This document shows, one piece after another, positions 14,103 to 24,537 of a stretch of DNA of 64,000 nt; positions within the stretch are counted from its first letter, which is position 1, and the number at the start of each line of letters is the position of its first letter. This DNA is from a virus. Lineage: Duplodnaviria > Caudoviricetes. The stretch lies in the IMG/VR virus record IMGVR_UViG_3300014039_000013, positions 32,001-96,000 of that record. One strand, written 5' to 3'. The position numbers and the translations under genes are program-made. The notes under the pieces were generated by a model. It ran no database searches and was not told the DNA's origin. It saw nothing but the letters and a program-made list of their open reading frames with translations.

Positions 14103-14406
14103 ATTTTCTATATTCTTTAATTACGTAGTCATCACCATATTTTTTCTTATATCGTTCTGATTTTTTCTTTAGTTTTAATTGTCGTCTACGCTCTTTACGT
14201 TCTTTTTCTTTACGTTTATTTTCTTCATATCTAGCTTCTGTAAGAGATGGGTCTGCTAGTTCAGAAGCAACTCTAATTAGTCCTTTTGCTATATTTTGGA
14301 GTTGTTTAATTTGTATTTCTTTTAAATATTTACATTCTCCGTTTGTCTGTTCTTGAACAAATTTATTAATTCTATTTGCTAAATTTAATGTTGCTGGTAA
14401 TTCCAT
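14101..14406 (-). CDS. Hypothetical basic protein
   Basis: 101-aa ORF, last gene of the minus-strand block, tightly packed. Confidence 0.7.
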   Translation of the reverse strand: MELPATLNLANRINKFVQEQTNGECKYLKEIQIKQLQNIAKGLIRVASELADPSLTEARYEENKRKEKERKERRRQLKLKKKSERYKKKYGDDYVIKEYRK

Positions 14407-14408
14407 AA

Positions 14409-14609
14409 TTATTTTAAATCGTTAATGTCTGCTATATAATCTGAATTAATATGTATTTTTGGATCATCTGAAAATGAAAATATTACATCATTAGAATTAA
14501 AACCTAATTCTTTTAAAATATCCTCTGTTGATAAATCTGATTTATATTGATTAATAAATTCTTGTGTATAAATATATATATTTTCTCCGTCTAATACTAT
14601 TAAATTCAT
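14409..14609 (-). CDS. Hypothetical protein
   Basis: 66-aa ORF abutting both neighbours. Confidence 0.65.
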   Translation of the reverse strand: MNLIVLDGENIYIYTQEFINQYKSDLSTEDILKELGFNSNDVIFSFSDDPKIHINSDYIADINDLK

Positions 14610-14610
14610 A

Positions 14611-15075
14611 TTATTTTTTATTATTTTTATACCAAATAAGTGTCATTATTGAATAGTTAGCCAAATCAATTAAAGTGTCTTCAATTGATTCATCTTTAAC
14701 AAGGTTATCTTGTTTAGAAAGAGTTTTTATTCTATTAAATTTATCGCTCATTCTCACAAGTCCAGCTGTAATTCCAAAATCATCACAAGATTGTTCAAAT
14801 GAATTACCATAATCTTTATTTTTAATTTCATAAAGATTAATCATTTTATCTACAATGCCTTTAAATTGTGCAACAGATGCGATAGATCCAGAATATTCTT
14901 TAAAATAAAATTCCCATTTACTATTAATCGATGAAAGCTTAAATTCATCATTATTTGTACCAATAAGAATATTATCTTTTATACATTTATAGCAATTATC
15001 AGATTTAAATGCCAATTTATTATTAATTAAAACATCGTGTATACAAATATATAATTTACCTTCTTTGAATTCCAT
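14611..15075 (-). CDS. DUF1599/Nmad1-like nucleotide-modification-associated protein
   Basis: C-terminal KNKDYGNSF..VRMSDKFNR..DESIEDTLIDLANY pattern. Confidence 0.7.
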   Translation of the reverse strand: MEFKEGKLYICIHDVLINNKLAFKSDNCYKCIKDNILIGTNNDEFKLSSINSKWEFYFKEYSGSIASVAQFKGIVDKMINLYEIKNKDYGNSFEQSCDDFGITAGLVRMSDKFNRIKTLSKQDNLVKDESIEDTLIDLANYSIMTLIWYKNNKK

Positions 15076-15080
15076 ATTTA

Positions 15081-15602
15081 TTAATAATTATTTAATTTAT
15101 ACTTAAGTTGTTTAATACCTTTTTTAGTTAAAGCATATTTAGCAATTGGTATAATAGTATCTACAAATTTAATACTATCATCTTTATAATCTATATGTTT
15201 ATATATTTTAGAAGTTCCGATGTAAGTAGGAACTTTAGATAAATCATTATTTCTATATAAATATGTTAATAGATAATCCCAGTAATACTCATCGAAATTG
15301 CATTTCTCATCAAATTCATTTCTATAATAAGTATGGAAATTAATAGAAAAACCAAATCTTTTAAAGAAACAAACCCAAATATATGGTGGTCTTTCATATC
15401 TTACATCATCATATTTGGTTTTCCAAGAAACATCTACACATGATATATCTATAATTTTACCTATCCATTTATAAGATGCATAAGGACAATTATAAAGAGG
15501 ATTTGTGAAAAAATGAATACTAATTTTAGGTCTTTTAAAATACTTCCTACACTCCTACCATGTTTTTAATGGGTTTTCTATAAGATAATTTATATCCTTC
15601 AA
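15081..15602 (-). CDS. Hypothetical protein, about 173 aa, with one internal TAG (not in the ORF track)
   Basis: Fills a 550-nt gap. Probable TTG start at 15602: LKDINYLIENPLKTW(TAG 15555-15557)ECRKYFKRP..WKTKYDDVRYERPP..; TAA at 15081-15083. Start position is uncertain. Confidence 0.65.
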
Positions 15603-15630
15603 ATTTTTTATTATAAATCATTAGAATATT

Positions 15631-15831
15631 TTATTTTTCGTATAACAAAACTTTGGTTAAATAGTTAATGGCATCCAATTCAGTTTCATGTAAAGAAATT
15701 AATTTGTCATTAATATTAATATCCCAACCTTCTTTATTAGCCCATTCTGTTACTGTGATATAATCATTATCTTTAGCTATATAACTAAACTTTTTCAAAT
15801 TAGCATTTATTTGTCTTACATTTTCTATCAT
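15631..15831 (-). CDS. Hypothetical protein
   Basis: 66-aa ORF in operon context. Confidence 0.65.
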   Translation of the reverse strand: MIENVRQINANLKKFSYIAKDNDYITVTEWANKEGWDININDKLISLHETELDAINYLTKVLLYEK

Positions 15832-15841
15832 ACTATATTAA

Positions 15842-16150
15842 TTATTCGTTATATATTACTTCATAATCATCAACATCCCATTCTTTTAGTATATCTTGTG
15901 GAAGTATATATTGATTTTCTACAGCTGCCTTTAAATCACAATTTGAATAATCTATTTCTTCAAAAGGAATGTCGTCTTCATCTTTACCAGAATCAATAAT
16001 CTCATAATCAGATACCTTGATCTTAACAGTTTTACTTAGAGTTACACTAATAATAACTTCAATTTCTTTTTCAGGATTATCCTCATGATTCCAAGGGGCA
16101 TTTGGATTGTATTCTGTTCCTACAGGTATATTATTTAAAGTATTATACAT
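15842..16150 (-). CDS. Hypothetical acidic phage protein (PNAPWN motif)
   Basis: 102-aa ORF with N-terminal PVGTEYNPNAPWN. Confidence 0.7.
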   Translation of the reverse strand: MYNTLNNIPVGTEYNPNAPWNHEDNPEKEIEVIISVTLSKTVKIKVSDYEIIDSGKDEDDIPFEEIDYSNCDLKAAVENQYILPQDILKEWDVDDYEVIYNE

Positions 16151-16163
16151 AATTAATAAACCT

Positions 16164-16574
16164 TTAATTATTTATAAGTTTACCACACAACGTACCATCT
16201 GCAAATTTCCATTCTTTATCAAGAAGTTCCTCAAATGATATTTCAGAATCAAAATTATAAAATCTAAGCATAATTCTGCTATTATCTACATTAACTGGAA
16301 AATAATGAGTGTTACCATGCTTAACAAAATTACCATGCTTTTGCAATGCACCTATAAACTCTCCAGCATTTTTAAATGGTACATATTCAGAGGCAGGTTT
16401 AACTCTATAATTATAAGGTTCTTTTTCCAAATAAGCCAGTTCTTCAAATTTATTTACATCTATCCAAACAGAAATAAATGGATCATAGGGCTTTTGAGTT
16501 TTATGTTGAACAACTACTCCGTTAAGATATGCTGATAAAACTTCATTCATTTTATTATAAACCTCTCTTGTCAT
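16164..16574 (-). CDS. Hypothetical phage protein
   Basis: 136-aa ORF with YRVKP..YVPF..FADGTLCG. Confidence 0.7.
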   Translation of the reverse strand: MTREVYNKMNEVLSAYLNGVVVQHKTQKPYDPFISVWIDVNKFEELAYLEKEPYNYRVKPASEYVPFKNAGEFIGALQKHGNFVKHGNTHYFPVNVDNSRIMLRFYNFDSEISFEELLDKEWKFADGTLCGKLINN

Positions 16575-16715
16575 ATTATTTTAAGAATTTAAAATGATTA
16601 TACTTTGTTTTAATTTTAAAAATTTGATATTCTAATATAGCCCATAAAATAATAGCTATTATCGCTAATGAGCTGAACACAATAAAGAAAACTAAATGTA
16701 AAGGCATAAAATTAA

Positions 16716-16874
16716 TTAAGGACAATGTTTATTATTAAACTTCTTTACTCTACCACATTTTTCACATACCCAATATGCAGTATAAGGATTTATCTCTTTA
16801 TATATATATTTATGTCTACAGAATATATTTTCTTTCATCCAATTTTTAATAAATATAAAAATATCACCTAACAT
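16716..16874 (-). CDS. Small Cys/His zinc-binding-like protein, 52 aa (below the track cutoff)
   Basis: Manual translation MLGDIF..FCRHKY..WVCEKCGRVK..; abuts the upstream gene. Confidence 0.55.
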   Translation of the reverse strand: MLGDIFIFIKNWMKENIFCRHKYIYKEINPYTAYWVCEKCGRVKKFNNKHCP

Positions 16875-16876
16875 AT

Positions 16877-17095
16877 TTAATCAGATATAATTATAGAATT
16901 ACTATTTAATGTATTCATTTCGCAAATTTCTTTAAATAGCTGCTTACCTGAATGATTAAGCCAATCCATAAATGGTTGATAAATAACTTGTTTATCTTCT
17001 AACATAGGACAATGCTTAATAGTATCATTAAGTTTTCTTATAATTTGAAGTATCATAATGATATCATCTTTTGAAAGTACATATTTAATATCCAT
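16877..17095 (-). CDS. Hypothetical protein
   Basis: 72-aa ORF. Confidence 0.55.
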   Translation of the reverse strand: MDIKYVLSKDDIIMILQIIRKLNDTIKHCPMLEDKQVIYQPFMDWLNHSGKQLFKEICEMNTLNSNSIIISD

Positions 17096-17442
17096 GATTT
17101 ATATATAGTTCTAAACTATTATATTTATTAATACCCCTAATCATTGCTAACTAATCTTATATAAACTGCATTATCTTCTATATTTTCTATATCAATATAG
17201 TCATTATCTTTGTATTCAATATAGTACATAGAATATTCAGAAACATTTTTATTTTTTTTCAATTAGTGTTTCCTCAGATTGACACATGCCAATCAACTCA
17301 TGATTTACCGTAAAAGCTAAATAAAGTTTCTTATTATTGCGTATCATATAACATGTATTTAATTTAATTACTTATCTATATAGTACATTATATTGTGTAT
17401 TATAAAAAACTTGTGATTAATTATCATTTTTGTTTTTATATT

Positions 17443-17676
17443 TTAAGCAATTGGAAATATGTTTGTCAATTCTTCGTCTGACTTATGGAATATATCATAA
17501 TATTCTTCATTAGACATATAATTCAAATAGTCCTCAGCTATATCATTAAAATCATCGTCATACCGCTGAACTACTGCATTGAGTAAAAGTTCTTCTTTTA
17601 GCAATTCAGCCAATCTGTCTTCTGCAATTATTCTATATCTCATAACTTTAATCTTAAATTTTAATGTCTTCTCCAA
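17443..17676 (-). CDS. Hypothetical protein (start may be the ATG at about 17643)
   Basis: 77-aa ORF. Confidence 0.55.
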   Translation of the reverse strand: MEKTLKFKIKVMRYRIIAEDRLAELLKEELLLNAVVQRYDDDFNDIAEDYLNYMSNEEYYDIFHKSDEELTNIFPIA

Positions 17677-17757
17677 TAGTCTTTTTCTTTTTCATAATTT
17701 ATAGGATAAAATATAATAAGTAATATAATTAACAATATTATTATTTTATACATTTAC

Positions 17758-18120
17758 TTATTCAATTTCAATTTCCAATTTCCATCTGTAAATACTATCA
17801 CCACACTCATCACATGTCCCAAGATATTCTTCCTTTGTATTCTTATTATTTTTAACAAGTTTAATAAACGTATCTTGTGTACAATAGGTATCATATTCAC
17901 CATCCCAAAGATATCCAATTATCCATGCTGGTAAATTATATTGGATCTCAATTTCGTTGATTAAAGTATCGCATACTTTATTTACAAAATTAATATTATT
18001 AACTGCTTCCTTATCATGAATATCAGGTTCTTCATCTTTAACTAAATCTACCCATTCAATACCATTAATAAGATAAGAAAAGCTTGTACATCCTTCTGTT
18101 ATTTCAATGTTTACTTTCAT
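17758..18120 (-). CDS. Hypothetical protein with C-terminal CxxCG
   Basis: 120-aa ORF with GTCDECGD; overlaps the upstream stop. Confidence 0.7.
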   Translation of the reverse strand: MKVNIEITEGCTSFSYLINGIEWVDLVKDEEPDIHDKEAVNNINFVNKVCDTLINEIEIQYNLPAWIIGYLWDGEYDTYCTQDTFIKLVKNNKNTKEEYLGTCDECGDSIYRWKLEIEIE

Positions 18121-18469
18121 GATTTTTCTTAATTTTATTTCTTACAAATTTAAAGAATTTCTTTTTTGATATGTATAAATTGTATTTACTAATACTTATT
18201 TCAATAGTTGCATTTGAAGTGAATGAACATATTAAATGAATCACTTGCCTTTCATTATGTGAACCACCAAATTTCTTAATAAATTCTTCTGGTACATTAG
18301 TATATTCTTTAAATGGTTTTATTTCATAGCTTTTTAACTTAAATTTATATGGTGAACATTCATTCTTAAAAAGGTAATTAAACATTTCACCATTAATATA
18401 ATCATCAAAATAATATGATGAACACAGGTATGCTTCAATATATTTATCTACAAAAGAGTAATTGGTCAT
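18104..18469 (-). CDS. Hypothetical protein, paralog of 24538-24867
   Basis: Shared YLCSSY..Y(I/V)NG..Y.NVP..LYIS.KKF.KF.RN. Confidence 0.7.
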   Translation of the reverse strand: MTNYSFVDKYIEAYLCSSYYFDDYINGEMFNYLFKNECSPYKFKLKSYEIKPFKEYTNVPEEFIKKFGGSHNERQVIHLICSFTSNATIEISISKYNLYISKKKFFKFVRNKIKKNHESKH

Positions 18470-18666
18470 TTACTATAAAAATATTTATAATTAAAAACTT
18501 TATCTCTTGTTCTATATGCAAGAACAATCATATGTTTGCCATCTGGTATTATTGTTGTGCCGTGTGTTTTTTCACAATATATTTTCTTGTTATTAAGACG
18601 TAACCGTTTTCGTTCACTAATTACATATTTTCTAAGAGCTTTCTTTGTTTTTCTAATGCTTACCAT
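18466..18666 (-). CDS. Hypothetical basic protein, paralog of 19630-19842
   Basis: Shared KK.L.K..YC..P(D/N)G..M.VL..KYFY. Confidence 0.65.
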   Translation of the reverse strand: MVSIRKTKKALRKYVISERKRLRLNNKKIYCEKTHGTTIIPDGKHMIVLAYRTRDKVFNYKYFYSK

Positions 18667-18964
18667 ATTTTAATTTTATACATAAGTATTTCTTTTTTTT
18701 ATTCAATATCGTCTTTATTTATTTCATAGATTATGGAGAGCACCAACAGCACTATTCCAATTGTGATTAATGTGTCCATTTTATTTAATTTGTAATTATT
18801 AACGAAGACCTTACAATATACTTTTCGACACTTGTTTTAGAAACTGTAATCCTTGGAAAAGTTGAAGAATTCTCATTTATTAACTACTTATTATTCTTAT
18901 TATCGTAGTTGATTAGAACTTAATTAATCTGACTTCAAACATTTCTTTATATCTGAATTTAGTT

Positions 18965-19624
18965 TTAACTAAAATCAGTATAAATTGCAAATCTCAATCC
19001 ATCTTTTGACTGAAATTCTGAAAATTCAAAATCTACAAATCTATTCTTAGCATAAGGTGTAAAATCTGGAATTGAGATATTATCGTAATAATAAGTAGGT
19101 TCATTTGGATGCATAATATGATATGACCTATGAGAGCAGTATTGGAAATAAGGAAGATTTTTATCAAAATAATTTTCCTTTATATATTTTACTGTATCAG
19201 GATTCATATCATCAGGCAATTCTTCAATACTTCTAATTGCTTTTGATGTATAAAGACATTTTCCAATTTCATCATTGATAAATTCGTCCCATGAAAATTC
19301 TTCACCATATTCATCTTTAATTATAGCATTATTATCTACAATCCATTTATGAATGCTTTTGAGTGATGGTTTATAATATTTGAGTTTGTTAGCATCCCAA
19401 AGAAATGACCACCCAGCACTACGTTTACCAAGATGTATTTTACGTTGTTCATCTATATTTTTTATCCCTTCAGCTAAAACATTAGAAAACTCTTTTATGT
19501 TATCCCATACATCATTGCCTTTTTCTAATTTTTTCAGTAAGCCTTCTAATGTATATACAGCTCCCTCTACAGCATCTATACTTCTTTTATGTATAGGAAG
19601 AATTGCATAAAAATTAGTTCCCAT
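18965..19624 (-). CDS. Conserved-looking phage hypothetical protein
   Basis: 219 aa with MGTNFY..HLGKRSAGWSF..IKDEYGEE..DFS. Confidence 0.75.
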   Translation of the reverse strand: MGTNFYAILPIHKRSIDAVEGAVYTLEGLLKKLEKGNDVWDNIKEFSNVLAEGIKNIDEQRKIHLGKRSAGWSFLWDANKLKYYKPSLKSIHKWIVDNNAIIKDEYGEEFSWDEFINDEIGKCLYTSKAIRSIEELPDDMNPDTVKYIKENYFDKNLPYFQYCSHRSYHIMHPNEPTYYYDNISIPDFTPYAKNRFVDFEFSEFQSKDGLRFAIYTDFS

Positions 19625-19629
19625 AATAT

Positions 19630-19842
19630 TTAATAATTTTTTGATTTAATATAGAAATACTTAAGACCATAAGCTTTATCGTTCTTTTTAGAAAGTAGAC
19701 GTAATACCAACATACGATTACCATTAGGAAATATCTTATCGCTATAAATTATTTTACAGTATGTTTTATTAATATCTATTGGTATTGTATATCTTTTTAG
19801 TGCTATTTTCTTTAGCTTCTTTTTAGCATTTCTTAATTTCAT
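19630..19842 (-). CDS. Hypothetical basic protein, paralog of 18466-18666
   Basis: 70-aa ORF sharing motifs with its paralog. Confidence 0.65.
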   Translation of the reverse strand: MKLRNAKKKLKKIALKRYTIPIDINKTYCKIIYSDKIFPNGNRMLVLRLLSKKNDKAYGLKYFYIKSKNY

Positions 19843-19856
19843 TTAGATAATATAAA

Positions 19857-20273
19857 TTAATTATTGAATCTTTCAATCTTTATATTTCTTTCTTTTAAAA
19901 TATTATTACATACCCACAAAATAACATTATACACCCTGTCTATTCTGCTTTCTGTAATGTCTTTATATATAATATTACCCTCAGAATCAGAGACAATACC
20001 TGTATTTAAAGTCATGTCTATGCTATAATCAGGGATCTTTTTATTAATTGCATCACATATTCTTAATAAATCACCTAAAGTAAACCGATAATTTACTTTT
20101 AATATATCAGCAAAAAGATTACAATGATATTTTCTAGCATAAATATTATTTATCACATAACTACCATCTTTAGAATCATATATTAAAGAAGCATCATTAT
20201 CGTATATATTATGATCTAACAATTCTCTCATTTGTTCTTTAGTAAGAACTATATCTACAAAGTTATTATTCAT
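19857..20273 (-). CDS. Hypothetical protein
   Basis: 138-aa ORF overlapping the thyX stop. Confidence 0.7.
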   Translation of the reverse strand: MNNNFVDIVLTKEQMRELLDHNIYDNDASLIYDSKDGSYVINNIYARKYHCNLFADILKVNYRFTLGDLLRICDAINKKIPDYSIDMTLNTGIVSDSEGNIIYKDITESRIDRVYNVILWVCNNILKERNIKIERFNN

Positions 20274-22170
20274 GAATATATCCTCTTTTGATAAATTCTT
20301 GTTTTAAATTATTAGCAAGTTCTCTTATTTGAGGATGTGCAGCATTACTGCATCTAAGTTCAAAGAAATGAATCCAATCATCTATAAAAGCAGTATGTAT
20401 TACTTCTGTTTTAGTAGCTAACGGCAATACATCTCTTGCTTGTTGAGGTTTAAAACCTTCCTTAATAAGTTGTAGATAGGATTCTTCTGATTGCAGTAAA
20501 CTTAAGATAAAAACATCTGTAGGATTATAATCAGTAAAATATGATTGATTACTAAATAATTGCATATCATAATCACCTACTTTAATATCCATATTTACAG
20601 GTTTAATAAAAGTAAGCTCATTATTAAACTTATCTTTGCTATAATTACAGTTGTGTACTATTATACCATTAGCTACATAGTTATGATAATTTTCTATTTC
20701 TAAGTCGAATACTTCTTCTTCTTCATCTAATTCAGTTATAGTTATGATTCTATCTCCATGCAATGATGTTAAAGACTGATTATGGATTTTTTGATGACAA
20801 GAATGGCATACCGTCATTAAATTATCTGGAATATTATTACTATGATTTTTATCCTTATGATGTACTTCTAAATCTATAGTAGTTTTACAGATTTCACAAA
20901 ATGGTTTTTTGTGTTTTTGATATTTAGAAGTATTTTCTTTTAATATTTTTTCTGTAGAATCCCCATTATGATGATAATTTCTTAATGCATTTGCTTGTTT
21001 TGCAACTCGTTCGTCCTCAAATTTATTTTTTTCTTTATTCCAAGGAATTCGCCCTATATTAAAATATCCTGTTCCTTTATTAGGAATTCCTAATTTTTTA
21101 GCCCATTTTTTTAATGTTGATACATTAAAATTAAATTCATTCCCAATGGCTACGAAAGTTTTATTCAAAGTGATGTTTTGATTATATAACCAATCAAAGT
21201 CTTGATATAATTGTTTTCCTAATATGGGTTTTATAATATTATATTTATATAGCCATTTTCTGATTACATCTGGTTTAAATCCAAACTCCTTACAAATTTC
21301 AGAAACAGTTTTATTAGATTTTAGATAATGATATTCCAACCAATCTTTATTTTGATATACAGGTCCATCAATTCCGTTTACATAAATTTTATCTCCTATA
21401 TTCAATTCTGATAAATGTTTCCAACCATCGGGAGTATATATTTGATGATCTATGGTGCATTTTAAGGAATATCCTAATTCTGTAGTAATTTTGTATACCT
21501 TTTTAATACCATTATTAAATATATTTTTAATTTTAGAATATTCTAAAATTCCTGTATCAGTATTTAATACCTCTATTAAAATTTTAGATAATCTATTTTT
21601 ATTTTGTTTATCTTCCCATAATTCTTTAATAGTATAATGTGCATGAGAATTTTTATATTTTAATAAAGTATCGCCACTTACACAGTATCGTGTGCTCTCT
21701 TCGCATATACTATGACACCTATGTCTATTTAATTCTCTACTTATACCAATAGAAGTTATAAATTTAACTGTTATTCTTGGAGTATGCTCTCCTGTAAAAG
21801 AACATCTATATTTTTCCCATAAATTTTCCAACTTATTTTCAATAATAGCTCTATAGTTAGTAGTTATATACCAATTTTCATTATTATCATAAGACATTCT
21901 TACCCAAGGTTTATTATTAAGTAGAAGATAAAACAAATCAAAATCAGCTTTATTTTCCTTTGCATTAATCTTCATATAAACTGTACTATGTTCCCAAGGA
22001 CTTAAATGGCCATTACTTCTTATCATAGTAAGAAATCTTTGATAAGAAGTATCTGTAATTTTATCCTCTGATTTATAGCAAATCCTACAGGCTTTTTCTA
22101 TATGTTTAAATAGTCCTATTGTAGTATTAGGCTGTTCAATAATTTCAAAAGATTGATTTATTAATTTCAT
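20266..22170 (-). CDS. thyX: FAD-dependent thymidylate synthase ThyX containing an intein
   Basis: GHLSPWEH, ELNRHR..ESTRY|intein|CNY, QARDVLP, ELRCSNAAHPQIR. Confidence 0.92.
   Translation of the reverse strand: MKLINQSFEIIEQPNTTIGLFKHIEKACRICYKSEDKITDTSYQRFLTMIRSNGHLSPWEHSTVYMKINAKENKADFDLFYLLLNNKPWVRMSYDNNENWYITTNYRAIIENKLENLWEKYRCSFTGEHTPRITVKFITSIGISRELNRHRCHSICEESTRYCVSGDTLLKYKNSHAHYTIKELWEDKQNKNRLSKILIEVLNTDTGILEYSKIKNIFNNGIKKVYKITTELGYSLKCTIDHQIYTPDGWKHLSELNIGDKIYVNGIDGPVYQNKDWLEYHYLKSNKTVSEICKEFGFKPDVIRKWLYKYNIIKPILGKQLYQDFDWLYNQNITLNKTFVAIGNEFNFNVSTLKKWAKKLGIPNKGTGYFNIGRIPWNKEKNKFEDERVAKQANALRNYHHNGDSTEKILKENTSKYQKHKKPFCEICKTTIDLEVHHKDKNHSNNIPDNLMTVCHSCHQKIHNQSLTSLHGDRIITITELDEEEEVFDLEIENYHNYVANGIIVHNCNYSKDKFNNELTFIKPVNMDIKVGDYDMQLFSNQSYFTDYNPTDVFILSLLQSEESYLQLIKEGFKPQQARDVLPLATKTEVIHTAFIDDWIHFFELRCSNAAHPQIRELANNLKQEFIKRGYIHE
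20650..21684 (-). mobile_element. Intein, 345 aa, with HNH endonuclease and two HTH-like repeats
   Basis: Begins CVSGDT; block B LKCTIDHQI; ends VFDLEIENYHNYVANGIIVHN followed by Cys+1; internal CEIC..EVHHKDKNHSNN..NL..CHSCHQKIH. Confidence 0.92.
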
Positions 22171-22807
22171 GACTTAACTAAACTTAAAATATACCCAATT
22201 ATAAATAATACAAATACAATTATTCCAAATATATTGCTTATCATAAAAGCAATAGTCATAATAACTCCCATCCCTAGACCTACAAGTAATACTACTAATA
22301 AGTCTAGGACTTTATATATAAAAGATTGTTTATACATCTATAGTAATTGTTTTAGTGGACGATTCTAGTATACCTCCTGACAATACTTCTTGTACTGCTG
22401 TTACTCTATATTTGTTAATTTTAGCATATTCTAATCCAATATTTAAAGCTTCTTGCACAGAATTAGCTTTACTGCTTTTATATCACTAACAGTTTTATCA
22501 TTAGGAAAAGCAAAGCTTACATTATATATCTTTGATTCAATAAGTTTCATATTAAATAATTTTAATGATTAGCGTAAATAAAATATATTTCAGTATTAGG
22601 TATGTGTTCAATAATTACATTGTCTTCCTTAAACCAAAATAAATATTTTTCAATATTATGCTTAGGATTTGCTTCAACTTCTATATTTATTTTATATTTT
22701 TTATTCTTAACTGTATATACAATAGTTTGTGTAACTATAATAGGCCCCCTTATAAAACTTCTCTACCTCTACATTTGCTTTACCAATAATAATTTCATTC
22801 ATATTAT

Positions 22808-23188
22808 TTATTCTTTTCCTTCTTCATTATTTATAATTTTTATAATTAGTTGTATAGTATTTAATAGAATTTGATGTATATCATCTAATTGGTCTTCACC
22901 ATAACGTTCAATATTAAATAAATACTCTCCTATTTCTCCACGTCCATTAACTTCTATATAGTAGTAATATAATAATGTCTTAATATTAAAAACTAGTGTG
23001 ATGTTAAATGGTATTTCTTTATATTTAAAAACCCCTCGACATTCTATTACATTAGTTGATAGGTAATCTTCAGGATCTCCTAAAAGAAAAACTTTAATTA
23101 ATTTAATATCTTTTATAGAATATTCTAAATATTTGAAAAATTCTTCAGCAATATACTTTTGCTTTTTAAGATCTATATCTTTTGACAT
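22808..23188 (-). CDS. Hypothetical protein
   Basis: 126-aa ORF. Confidence 0.65.
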   Translation of the reverse strand: MSKDIDLKKQKYIAEEFFKYLEYSIKDIKLIKVFLLGDPEDYLSTNVIECRGVFKYKEIPFNITLVFNIKTLLYYYYIEVNGRGEIGEYLFNIERYGEDQLDDIHQILLNTIQLIIKIINNEEGKE

Positions 23189-23916
23189 TTTATTTCTTGA
23201 TTAATTATTTTACCAAATTCATTTAATTCTTGTATCATATAGGTATGCTGCGCATTATCAATAAAATAACAATTATTTTTTTCATAATACCCATTATCGT
23301 TTTGTGTTATACTTTGGGTATGTCCGACTATTTGTATATATTTAGATATTTTATCTTCTAATAAACTATTTGGACGTACCCAAATAGGACTTGATGCTAT
23401 GCTGTCACCATATTCATTACCACCATACAAGTAAGTAAATCTTAGAATACTTGGATTTTGTAATACTGATTTATTTATATCATATATAGAATTTATATTA
23501 TTTTCTTTCATCCATGTTTTAGTAACACCAGCATGAGAAAATATAATCTTATTGATGTCATCTATATATATAACAGGTAATTTTCCCTGCTTAAATTCTG
23601 CATCTACAAGAGGTGTAATACATCTTTCCATAAACCAAGCAAAACCCGAATATTGTTCAAAAATAGCATCACTAAGATAATGATAATCATGATTTCCTAA
23701 TAACATAATAAAAGAATTACTATTATGATTATTTATAAAATCGTTTTTTATAGTTAATAATTCTTTAAATGCTTCATCACTTTTATAAACAAGATCGCTA
23801 TTAAATGAATCAAAATAATCGCCTAACATTATAATCGTATCAGGCGATTCTCTATTTATAATATTTTTTACCCATTCAATTTTACAATGAATATCTGGTA
23901 TTATAATACGTTTCAT
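23173..23916 (-). CDS. Calcineurin-like metallophosphoesterase
   Basis: DIH, GDYFD, GNHD, SHAG, VGHT motifs; ends at a TAG. Confidence 0.88.
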   Translation of the reverse strand: MKRIIIPDIHCKIEWVKNIINRESPDTIIMLGDYFDSFNSDLVYKSDEAFKELLTIKNDFINNHNSNSFIMLLGNHDYHYLSDAIFEQYSGFAWFMERCITPLVDAEFKQGKLPVIYIDDINKIIFSHAGVTKTWMKENNINSIYDINKSVLQNPSILRFTYLYGGNEYGDSIASSPIWVRPNSLLEDKISKYIQIVGHTQSITQNDNGYYEKNNCYFIDNAQHTYMIQELNEFGKIINQEIKCQKI

Positions 23917-23918
23917 AT

Positions 23919-24104
23919 TTATATATTTATTAGATATTCTGATACATTTTTAATCAATATACCGTAAGTCGCTTCCTTACTTTGTTCGAATGTATCATAT
24001 TTGTCTACTAAAAGTATTTTCCCTTTATATATTTTATTACCAACTCGAAAAGTAACAATATCAGTAAGTTTATATTTTGATTTTCTTATCATAATTTTAA
24101 TCAA
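23919..24104 (-). CDS. Small SH3-like hypothetical protein
   Basis: 61 aa, KYKLTDIVTF..KGKILLVD. Confidence 0.5.
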   Translation of the reverse strand: MIKIMIRKSKYKLTDIVTFRVGNKIYKGKILLVDKYDTFEQSKEATYGILIKNVSEYLINI

Positions 24105-24498
24105 AATAAAAAATATTTCCTGTTTTTGTTACGAATAATATTGTGTTGTTAAAATTTTCTATATAAAAAATACTTGCATCAATGTTGTTTGATAAGTCAT
24201 GAAAGTTTTTAAATTTAATAAAAACTGTATCACTATTATTGTTATCAACATTTCTTACATATTGCAATATCGTTGAGCTTGACTTATGCGCTGCATTTGC
24301 TTTCAAATCTATTATTTTACACTTTATTGCATTCTTTGTTGGTTTATAGTTTTCAATTTTTGGATTGTCATCCCAGAGGTCAATTGTCTTATCATTTACC
24401 TTTACTGTTGGATTTCCAAGAAGATTACTATTGCAACTATATAATATTATAATATTTAAGCAAATTAATACTGAAGTAAAAATTTTTATTATGTTCAT
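24097..24498 (-). CDS. Putative lipoprotein or membrane-anchored protein
   Basis: N-terminal hydrophobic stretch ending in LYSC (lipobox-like). Confidence 0.6.
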   Translation of the reverse strand: MNIIKIFTSVLICLNIIILYSCNSNLLGNPTVKVNDKTIDLWDDNPKIENYKPTKNAIKCKIIDLKANAAHKSSSTILQYVRNVDNNNSDTVFIKFKNFHDLSNNIDASIFYIENFNNTILFVTKTGNIFYFD

Positions 24499-24537
24499 AA
24501 AAGTTATTCATTATCTATACGTTTTTAAACACAATAT

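Noticed and set aside
18667-18964. Gap as a hidden recoded gene
   Set aside because: I found only very short frames, closed by TAA/TGA; TAG read-through did not rescue a long ORF.
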